A stretch of 64,000 nucleotides of DNA from an uncultured bacterium (lineage in GTDB: Bacteria > Actinomycetota > Acidimicrobiia > Spongiisociales > UBA5794), in the NCBI GenBank assembly GCA_963801165.1, contig CAWDDT010000010.1, forward strand, positions 1 through 64,000. Direction: 5' to 3'. Numbering within the stretch: the first letter of the stretch is position 1; every line of letters starts with the position of its first letter. The position numbers were made by a program, and so were the translations under genes. Below the pieces are notes generated by a model, which made no database searches, was not told the DNA's origin, and was given only the letters and a program-made list of their open reading frames with translations. Below, in pieces: positions 56,814 to 64,000 of this stretch.

Positions 56814-58187
56814 TCACTCGCGGAAGATCCAGCCACGCTGCTCGGCGAGTTCCCTTGCTTCCTCGTCGGTCATCCGCACGACGGCGCCGTAGCGGAGGCT
56901 GCCGCGCTCGATCATCCGGACGAACGCCTCGACCATGTCGGGATCGAACTGGGCGCCGGCGCCTTCGCGGAGTTCGTTGAACGCTTCGTCCTGGGTGAGC
57001 GCCATCCGGTAGGGCCGGTTGCTGGTCATGGCGTCGAAGGCATCGGCGATCGCAAGGACTCGCGACTCTTGTTTTGGAGTGTCGCCTTCGCTCGTGTGCG
57101 AGCCGTGGTACCCGCCTCCGTCGAAGTGAGCGTGATGGTCCGACGCGATGCGGACCAGTGGGTGGAGCCATTCGACGTCGTTGAGCAGCGCATCGATATG
57201 GTGGACGTGGCCGCGCATAGTCGCCGTTTCCTCGGGTGTGAGACGTCCCCGCTTCTTGAGGAGATCGCGTGGCACGGCCAGCTTGCCGAGGTCGTGGATG
57301 AGGGCCGAGTGGCGAATCCGCTCCTGCATATCACCACCGAGCCCGAGCTCCTGGGCGAGTTGGACTGCGAATCTGGCTACACGCTCGGTGTGGCCTCGTG
57401 TGTAGAGGTCCTTGGCCTCCAGCGTCTTGACCAGCGTTGCCAGCATGCCCTCGCGGGCAACTCGCAGCTTGGCCAACGAGGCGTAGAACAGCCGGCTCAT
57501 CAGCAACATGCCGATGACCAGGATCAGCATGGCGTTGTAGGTGCCATGATCGGCCGCATAACTGATATATGCGTACCCAAGGAGGCCGCCTACGGCTCCG
57601 AGTCCTACGAAGCTGAGGAGGATCTGTGCGAGATTGGACCAGGGCCCAGCGAGTTTGGATCCGTACACCTGTCGGATCGCAGTACGAGTGATGACCACGC
57701 TCGCAAAGTCAGCGAAACCCGCGGCGAGCGCTCCAGCGGCGACGAATCGCCACATCGGTAACGCGTTCAAGTCACCTGGGAGCATGACGGCGAGGGTGAG
57801 TGCTGCGGTTCCTGCGTTGATCGTGCCGATGCCCAGATTGGCGACAGGTTCAAACACCCTTCGTTGGGCGAAGTCTCGTGGCTGGAGAAAACCGACGACT
57901 GCCATCGCCAGCAGCCCGCCAGCTGCATTAGCGGGCCCGAGCGCGATCCCGGCAGTTGCGAGGACAGCGGCACTGGACGAAGTCATCATCCGGTCGTTGA
58001 CTTCGACCGCATAGAACTCGAGTGCAAGAAACGTGGCCGCAAAGACCGCCCACAGCCCCACGTGTTCCGGGAACCCGTATGCGTAGATCGTGCCTGCCGG
58101 TAAGGCAGCGCCTACCAAGCCGAGGAGCGCACCGTAGATGCGCTTGCGTCGGCGTTGGACTGGATAGGGGGTTTCGTAGAAGGCCAT
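56814..58187 (-). CDS. Membrane-bound HD-GYP family cyclic-dinucleotide phosphodiesterase
   Basis: About 7 TM helices; EAKDLYTRGHTERV, IHDLGK, HHAHFDGGGYH (GYH variant), ADAFDAMTSNRPYR, QFDP. Confidence 0.92.
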   Translation of the reverse strand: MAFYETPYPVQRRRKRIYGALLGLVGAALPAGTIYAYGFPEHVGLWAVFAATFLALEFYAVEVNDRMMTSSSAAVLATAGIALGPANAAGGLLAMAVVGFLQPRDFAQRRVFEPVANLGIGTINAGTAALTLAVMLPGDLNALPMWRFVAAGALAAGFADFASVVITRTAIRQVYGSKLAGPWSNLAQILLSFVGLGAVGGLLGYAYISYAADHGTYNAMLILVIGMLLMSRLFYASLAKLRVAREGMLATLVKTLEAKDLYTRGHTERVARFAVQLAQELGLGGDMQERIRHSALIHDLGKLAVPRDLLKKRGRLTPEETATMRGHVHHIDALLNDVEWLHPLVRIASDHHAHFDGGGYHGSHTSEGDTPKQESRVLAIADAFDAMTSNRPYRMALTQDEAFNELREGAGAQFDPDMVEAFVRMIERGSLRYGAVVRMTDEEARELAEQRGWIFRE

Positions 58188-58250
58188 AGTTGGACGTAGG
58201 CACCAACAGTAGACAGAATCGTGGAGGGTCGGGTCGAGATTCGCGGTGGG

Positions 58251-58292
58251 TCAGCCGATCTTGACGCCGTAGCCAATCTTGACACCCTGCAT
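58251..58292 (-). CDS. Putative 13-aa small peptide MQGVKIGYGVKIG
   Basis: Below the ORF-track cutoff. SD-like GGACGTGATC just before the ATG; the internal repeat differs only at synonymous positions (ggt gtc aag att ggc / ggc gtc aag atc ggc). Confidence 0.6.
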   Translation of the reverse strand: MQGVKIGYGVKIG

Positions 58293-58860
58293 GAGATCAC
58301 GTCCGATCAGGTTTCTCCGTGTGAAACATGGTTTTACACAGGGGTATTGCGCTTCGCTCGGAAAGGATCACCCGGCCCGGACCGCTCCACAAACCTTCAT
58401 TGTCTAGGTGCCGATCATGCCCCATGCCAGAGAAAACGCTGTGCGAGTTCTCTGGTTTCCGCCCGTAGACCTCAAGTATGTTGCTGTGAGATTAAGTGAC
58501 TTCGTGTTCTTAATGCAAGAATGCTTTTCGCGGCAGACAGAATATGGAGTGATTTGCTGTTGTTTTGAGCAGGATGCGCCGTGTCCAGTCGGCGCCGGCG
58601 TCGCTAGAAGTCCCCGGAATAACGGTCGCGGGCGACAACGGTGTCGTCGGGGAGTTGCAGGATCACAGTGTCCCCGCCGTTGGACCCTACGGGACCGTCG
58701 GCGCAGCCGTCCGTACTGGTAGGTGTCCTCGCCGTCGGCGACGAGGGTTGGGTCACCGGCGGCGAGTAGCCGTTCCAGTTTGCTCCTAGCGGCGTCGAGC
58801 AGCGCGGCGAGCGCGAGTGACCTCATCTCGGGAGCGTAGGCGCGGGCAGGTACGGAGGCC

Positions 58861-59280
58861 TTACTGCTCGAGCGGTTGTCCGGCCGAATACCATGCCTGG
58901 ATGCCGCCGTCGAGCTCGTATACCTCCTGGAACCCGATCGAGTCCATCAGCGGCAGGGCATTGGCCGAGCGGTTGCCCGAGTTGCAGTACATCACGTATG
59001 GCACTTGGAGGTCGAGCGTGCGCAGCTTCTGTTCGAAGTCGGGGGAGTAGTAGTCGATATTGATGGCGCCGGGAATATGCCCGGCGGCAAACTCGTCAGG
59101 TGTGCGAATGTCGAGAATCAGCAGACCATCGGGCGGTGATGCGACGATGTCGGCCACGTCCGACACGGCGGTCAGCTCCAGCCTCGCCTTGGTTGCGGCT
59201 GAGCCACCGGTGTCACCGCATGCACCGAGCAGGAGAACAGCGGCGAGCAGGGCGGCGACGGGGGCGTATATCTGTCTCAT
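58861..59280 (-). CDS. Rhodanese-like lipoprotein
   Basis: Lipobox LGAC; LDIRTPDEFAAGHIPGA, YCNSGNRS, LDGGI. Confidence 0.88.
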   Translation of the reverse strand: MRQIYAPVAALLAAVLLLGACGDTGGSAATKARLELTAVSDVADIVASPPDGLLILDIRTPDEFAAGHIPGAINIDYYSPDFEQKLRTLDLQVPYVMYCNSGNRSANALPLMDSIGFQEVYELDGGIQAWYSAGQPLEQ

Positions 59281-59576
59281 GTGGCAAGTCCGATGGCGAT
59301 GAGTCCGCCCTTCAGGTTGGCGGCACGGTATCCGTTTCGTTGCAAGAAGCCCGCAGCCATCATGCTGCGGTTGCCCGAGCGGCACACCACGAGGATCGGT
59401 CGGTCGACATCGAAGCGACTCAGGCTGCCCGGCAGGAACGCCAGCGAGACCGCAAGGCTTTCCGGGAGCATGCCCTGTGCCCACTCGTTTGGCTCGCGCA
59501 CGTCGAGCAGGATCCCATCGTTCTGATCGAGCCACGTTTCCCAGTCACCCGCGGCGACCTGCTCGATGGGGTTCAT
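59277..59576 (-). CDS. Rhodanese-like protein
   Basis: LDVREPNEW, VCRSGNRS, NLKGG. Confidence 0.88.
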   Translation of the reverse strand: MNPIEQVAAGDWETWLDQNDGILLDVREPNEWAQGMLPESLAVSLAFLPGSLSRFDVDRPILVVCRSGNRSMMAAGFLQRNGYRAANLKGGLIAIGLAT

Positions 59577-59703
59577 TTGCCAGCCACGCACAGCAACTCC
59601 TTGATTCTGCGGCGGCCGAATCTACCACAGCACGCATGCGTAGATTCGCATATGCGCGGTCGTAACCGCGGGCTGTCCCGGGCGGGTCCTGGTGACCAAG
59701 CGC

Positions 59704-59717
59704 AGTACTATAGTACT
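59704..59717. promoter_or_regulatory. Palindromic putative RHH operator AGTACTATAGTACT
   Basis: AT-rich perfect palindrome 8 nt before the RHH start. Confidence 0.55.
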
Positions 59718-59725
59718 ATAAGACT

Positions 59726-59884
59726 ATGGCTGAAGAGGTGAAGCAATTCAAGGTCTACCTGTCTTCGGACCTGATCCGCCTGTTGAAGCACGCCGCGGTC
59801 GAAACCGAGCAGTCGCTCTCTTCGTTCGTGGCCGACGCGATCCGGGCGTACCTCGACCAGCTGAGTGCGGAACGAGACTCATGA
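59726..59884 (+). CDS. CopG/ribbon-helix-helix regulator (52 aa)
   Basis: Not in the ORF track; MAEEVKQFKVYLSSDLIRLLKHAAVETEQSLSSFVADAIRAYL. Confidence 0.8.
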   Translation: MAEEVKQFKVYLSSDLIRLLKHAAVETEQSLSSFVADAIRAYLDQLSAERDS

Positions 59885-59899
59885 ACGGGAGGTCTGGCG

Positions 59900-60253
59900 A
59901 TGGCAGTTGATGGGATCGAGTATCTCTACCTGGAGACCCGGAACTGGGGGAAAAGCGTTAAGTTCTGGCAACGCCTCGGCTGGAAGCTGGTGCTCGACCT
60001 GGGCAGTTCCGGACGGCTCGAGCCACCGGGCGGAGGTCCCGGAGTGTTTCTCGAGGAGGTGTCGCCCGAAGCGCCGCTAGCCGAGGGTGTCTACCTGCGC
60101 CTCAACGATTCCGAGGCGCCGATCAGTCCACCGGTTGACCTCGTAGGAACGCCCATCGCCAGCCACTGGGGCACAACGCTGTACACGATCCGCGACCCCG
60201 ACGGACGGGAGTTCGTCCTCCAATACACACCCGATCGGTCCGAAACGGGCTAG
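59900..60253 (+). CDS. VOC/glyoxalase family protein
   Basis: GGAGG RBS; [13 protein letters not shown]...IRDPDGR. Confidence 0.82.
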   Translation: MAVDGIEYLYLETRNWGKSVKFWQRLGWKLVLDLGSSGRLEPPGGGPGVFLEEVSPEAPLAEGVYLRLNDSEAPISPPVDLVGTPIASHWGTTLYTIRDPDGREFVLQYTPDRSETG

Positions 60254-61527
60254 AACTGAGCCTCCTCGGTCGACCCGGTGAGCGCAAGTGTGGAGGCCTT
60301 GCCGGCGCTGATGGCGGTCGCAACCAGGTCGAAGTACCCGGCGCCCACCTCCCGCTGATGCCTGGTCGCCGTGTAGCCGGAAGATTCCATGGCGAACTCC
60401 TCCTCCTGGAGCCGGACGTAAGCCGACATGCCGTCTGCCACATAACCTCTGGCCAGGTCGAACATGGCCGCGTTCAGGGCGTGGAATCCCGCCAGGGTGA
60501 TGAACTGGAAGCGATAACCCATCGCTCCCAGCTCCTTCTGGAAGGAGGCGATCTGGTCGTCGCTCAGGTGCGCCCTCCAGTTGAACGATGGTGAGCAGTT
60601 GTACGCCAGCATCTTGTCCGGGTACTCCGCCTTGATGGCGGCGGCGAAACGGGCAGCCTCACCGAGATCGGGCACGGACGTCTCGCACCAGATGAGGTCG
60701 GCGTACGGTGCGTACGCCAGGCCACGTGCGATGGCCGCATCCGGGCCGTTGCGTACGGCGTAGAAGCCTTCGCTGGTGCGTTCCCCCGTGAGGAACGGCC
60801 GGTCGACGTCGTCGATGTCGCTGGTGAGCAACGTTGCCGCCAGCGAGTCGGTACGGGCGACGATGAGCGTGGGCACACCCAGCACGTCGGCGGCGAGACG
60901 CGCCGAGGTCAGGGTCCGCACGTGTTGGGAGGTCGGCACCAACACCTTTCCCCCCATATGGCCGCACTTCTTCTCAGCGGCGAGCTGATCCTCGTAGTGG
61001 ATTCCGGCCGCGCCGGCGGTGATGAGGCTCTTGGCCAGCTCGAAGGCATTCAGGTTGCCACCGAACCCGGCTTCTGCGTCGGCGACGATCGGGAGGAAGA
61101 AGTTGTGATCACGTCTGCCTTCGGCCCATTCCACCTCGTCGAGCCGGGTGAAAGCGTTGTTGATGCGACGCACCAGCGACGGTGCCGAGTTGGCCGGGTA
61201 GAGAGACTGGTCGGGATAGACCTGCTCGGCGAGGTTGGCGTCTCCGGCCACCTGCCACCCCGACAGGTAGATAGCCTGTAAACCCGCCTTGGCCATCTGC
61301 ACGGCCTGCATGCCGGTCATCGCACCGAGTGCGTTGACGTAGTCCTCGGTGGCGAGAAGGTCCCATAGCCGCACGGCGCCACGCTCGGCGAGAGTGTGCG
61401 CCACCGTGAACGACCCCTGGAGGCGGACCACGTCTTCGGGCGTGTAGTCCCTGGTCACACCGTTCCAGCGCGGGTTGTTCGCCCAATCGTTGCGGATCGA
61501 CTCGACCCGCTCTTCGAACGTGTTCAT
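60250..61527 (-). CDS. aceA: Isocitrate lyase
   Basis: [41 protein letters not shown]. Confidence 0.97.
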   Translation of the reverse strand: MNTFEERVESIRNDWANNPRWNGVTRDYTPEDVVRLQGSFTVAHTLAERGAVRLWDLLATEDYVNALGAMTGMQAVQMAKAGLQAIYLSGWQVAGDANLAEQVYPDQSLYPANSAPSLVRRINNAFTRLDEVEWAEGRRDHNFFLPIVADAEAGFGGNLNAFELAKSLITAGAAGIHYEDQLAAEKKCGHMGGKVLVPTSQHVRTLTSARLAADVLGVPTLIVARTDSLAATLLTSDIDDVDRPFLTGERTSEGFYAVRNGPDAAIARGLAYAPYADLIWCETSVPDLGEAARFAAAIKAEYPDKMLAYNCSPSFNWRAHLSDDQIASFQKELGAMGYRFQFITLAGFHALNAAMFDLARGYVADGMSAYVRLQEEEFAMESSGYTATRHQREVGAGYFDLVATAISAGKASTLALTGSTEEAQF

Positions 61528-61543
61528 TTCGTCTCCTCCGTGG

Positions 61544-63127
61544 TCAGTCGATCAGCTCGTAAGCGGGCAGGGTCAAGAATTCCGGGAACTCGTCGGAAAT
61601 GGCGACGTCCTCGAGAAGTCGCCTCGCTTCCTCGAAGCGGCCCGCGGCAAAGTTCGTCTCGCCGTGTTCGGCTCGCATTCCAGCCAGCACCTCATCCGCA
61701 ATCCGGTGGATCGAGGACGCGGTGACCGGTGTTCCCTCCGCGGTGACGGCGTCGTTGTGCAGCCACTGCCAGAGTTGGGAGCGGGAGATCTCGGCGGTAG
61801 CGGCGTCCTCCATCAGGTTGTAGATGCCGACTGCACCGTTCCCCCTCAGCCATGAGGCCAGGTATTGGATCGCCACGTCGACGTTCATGTGCACGCCGGC
61901 GTCGGTGATTGTCCCGCCGGGCACCGTGACATCGAGCAGATCGTCGGCGCTCACCGCGACGTCGTCGCGCTGTCGCTCGATCTGGTTGGGCCGGTCTCCG
62001 AGGACCTCGGTGAACACCTCGTCGGCCAGAGGCACGAGATCGGGGTGAGCGACCCAGGTACCGTCGTGGCCGTTCCGGGACTCGAGCTCCTTGTCGGCAC
62101 GGACCTTGGCGAACGCCTTGCGGTTCACGTCCTCGTCGCGGCGGCTCGGGATGAACGCCGCCATGCCACCCATGGCGTGTGCGCCCCGCTTGTGGCACGT
62201 CTTGATCAGCAGCTCGGTGTACGACTTCATGAACGGGACCGTCATCGTCACCTGAGAACGGTCGGGGAGCACCATCTCGGGCCGGTTGCGGAACTTCTTG
62301 ATGATGGAGAACTGGTAGTCCCAGCGGCCGGCGTTGAGACCAGCCGAATGCTCACGCAGCTCGAACAGGATCTCCTCCATCTCGAAGGCCGCGAGGATCG
62401 TCTCGATCAGGACGGTCGCCCGGATGGTTCCTCGATCGATGCCGAGCATGTCCTGGGCGGTGACGAACACGTCATTCCACAGTCGGGCCTCTTGATGGCT
62501 CTCCAGCTTGGGGAGGTAAAAGTAAGGGCCGGTGCCGCGCTCGATCAGCTCGATGGCGTTGTGGAAGAAATAGAGCCCGAAGTCGAAAAGACTGCCGGAG
62601 ATCGGCCGGTTGCCCACGACAACGTGCTTCTCCGGGAGGTGCCACCCCCGGGGCCGCACCATGAGCGTCGCCGTATTCTCGTCGAGCCGGTACTGCTTGC
62701 CGTCGGGGGCGTCGTAGGCGATGGTTCGCCGCACCGCTTCGATGAGGTTGACCTGACCTTGCACGATGTTCGACCAGGTGGGTGAGGCGCTGTCCTCGAA
62801 GTCGGCCATGAACACCCTTGCGCCCGAGTTGAGCGCGTTGATCATCATCTTGCGTTCGACGGGTCCGGTTATCTCGACTCTGCGGTCCGTGAGATCCGTC
62901 GCAGGGGGTGCCACCCGCCAGTCACCGGAGCGGGCCTCGCTCGTGTCGGGCAGGAAGTCCGGTCGGTCGCCGTTGTCGAAGGCGATCTGACGGGTACGTC
63001 TCGCCTTGAGAAGCGCCATCCGGCGATCATCGAACCGTTCGTGAAGTGCGGCAACGAAGTCGAGAGCTTTCGGTGTCAGTACCTCTTCGTGGCGGGGTCC
63101 GGGTGGCCCGAAGATCTCGACATTCAT
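61544..63127 (-). CDS. aceB: Malate synthase A
   Basis: [44 protein letters not shown]. Confidence 0.96.
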   Translation of the reverse strand: MNVEIFGPPGPRHEEVLTPKALDFVAALHERFDDRRMALLKARRTRQIAFDNGDRPDFLPDTSEARSGDWRVAPPATDLTDRRVEITGPVERKMMINALNSGARVFMADFEDSASPTWSNIVQGQVNLIEAVRRTIAYDAPDGKQYRLDENTATLMVRPRGWHLPEKHVVVGNRPISGSLFDFGLYFFHNAIELIERGTGPYFYLPKLESHQEARLWNDVFVTAQDMLGIDRGTIRATVLIETILAAFEMEEILFELREHSAGLNAGRWDYQFSIIKKFRNRPEMVLPDRSQVTMTVPFMKSYTELLIKTCHKRGAHAMGGMAAFIPSRRDEDVNRKAFAKVRADKELESRNGHDGTWVAHPDLVPLADEVFTEVLGDRPNQIERQRDDVAVSADDLLDVTVPGGTITDAGVHMNVDVAIQYLASWLRGNGAVGIYNLMEDAATAEISRSQLWQWLHNDAVTAEGTPVTASSIHRIADEVLAGMRAEHGETNFAAGRFEEARRLLEDVAISDEFPEFLTLPAYELID

Positions 63128-63244
63128 GGTGCTGCTCCTCCTGTGGTTGCGCACATTCCACCACCAGCACGAAAGATAACAAGAAATGTTGCTCATAAGA
63201 ACATGACTTCTTATAATCTACGACACTTATGGTTAGGATTAGAC

Positions 63245-64000
63245 GTGCATGACGGCATCGATCCGCTCGTTTTTGGGCACCGGGTGCGGCATTTTCGCCA
63301 TGTCGCTGGGCTCACTCTCGATGAATTGGGGGAGAGAGTGCGCAAGCCCGCCCCGTTTCTTTCGCTGCTCGAGAACGGGAAGCGTGAGCCACGCCTCGGG
63401 CTGATCAATGCGCTCGCCGGGGCGCTCGATGTGTCGGTCTCGGAACTGCTGCTCCCGGACGCACCGAATCGTCGCTCCCGGTTGGAGATCGGCGTGGTGC
63501 GGGCTCAAGACGATCCGATCTACCGGGATCTCGAACTACCAATGCTCAAACCGGGTGCCAGGGTGCCAGATCTCGTTCTCGAGCACATCATGGCCCTGTT
63601 CGGTAAGCTCAAGGGAAGGGAGCAGGTGACGATGGCCACCCGCGAGGAGGCTCGGATCGCCAACTCCGAACTGCGCGCCGAGATGCGGGAACGAGGCAAC
63701 TACTTCGAGGAGATCGAGAAGGTGGCCGCCGAGGCGGTAGCCGCGGCCGGTTACGGCGGCGGCGGATTCACCGAGGGCACCATGCAGGCAATGGCAGCCC
63801 ATTTCGGTTTCGCCGTTCAGCGCTCGCGGGATCTGCCGACCTCTGTCCGATCGTTGACCGACCTGCGCAATCGGCGCATATACATCCCGCAGCGGGATTC
63901 CATCTCGGTGCGCGCAAGCCGTTCCGTCGTGCTGCAGACCCTCGGCCATTTTGCCCTCGACCATCCCGAGCCGCGCGACTTCGCCGACTTTCTCCGCCAG
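63245..64000 (+). CDS. XRE-family regulator of the glyoxylate shunt (RamB/PrpR-like), partial
   Basis: Manual translation VHDGIDPLVFGHRVRHFR...GLTLDELGERV...LSLLENGKREP...GNYFEEIE...RSLTDLRNRRIY; divergent from aceBA. Confidence 0.8.
   Translation, partial: MHDGIDPLVFGHRVRHFRHVAGLTLDELGERVRKPAPFLSLLENGKREPRLGLINALAGALDVSVSELLLPDAPNRRSRLEIGVVRAQDDPIYRDLELPMLKPGARVPDLVLEHIMALFGKLKGREQVTMATREEARIANSELRAEMRERGNYFEEIEKVAAEAVAAAGYGGGGFTEGTMQAMAAHFGFAVQRSRDLPTSVRSLTDLRNRRIYIPQRDSISVRASRSVVLQTLGHFALDHPEPRDFADFLRQ

Noticed and set aside
58404-58826. 140-aa ORF between the HD-GYP leader and the rhodanese genes
   Set aside because: No RBS or recognisable motif, and the C-terminal half runs through AT-rich regulatory-looking sequence.

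Overview
High-GC actinobacterial chromosome segment; the gene content is most consistent with Acidimicrobiia, which is an inference. (1) 1-11.5 kb: a decayed tandem array of small integrative elements. A ~200-bp att-like unit recurs four times, three copies ending in the 3' part of a tRNA-Glu(CTC). It separates cargo blocks: duplicated PIN/DUF433-like toxin-antitoxin pairs, tyrosine-integrase stubs, a mazF stub, a hydrolase, a methyltransferase, TetR, an MtfA-like peptidase and an MFS transporter. (2) 15.3-30.4 kb: a form I Mo-Cu carbon monoxide dehydrogenase locus (coxMSL with AYRCSFR, an XdhC-YHS fusion, coxG). It is followed by five co-oriented, paralogous small TM+coiled-coil proteins of unknown function. 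A convergent accessory operon (XdhC, coxD, coxE, three unknown ORFs) is separated from it by a TA pair and an IS256-interrupted lipoprotein. (3) 30.7-64 kb: mostly housekeeping genes: DEAD-box/RRM helicase, SDRs, cofC, pyk, LacI plus a fructose-type ABC transporter, VanW, two PD-(D/E)XK proteins, a dynamin-like GTPase pair, pruA, tandem amidases, a membrane HD-GYP protein, rhodaneses, aceA/aceB and a RamB-like regulator. The best candidates for undescribed biology are the five-paralog membrane module in the cox operon, the tRNA-Glu cassette-like array, and an unannotated 13-codon ORF (MQGVKIGYGVKIG) with a near-perfect Shine-Dalgarno directly upstream of the membrane HD-GYP gene. Several isolated 1-nt frameshifts suggest residual assembly indels. 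All family assignments come from motif recognition by eye; no database search was run.
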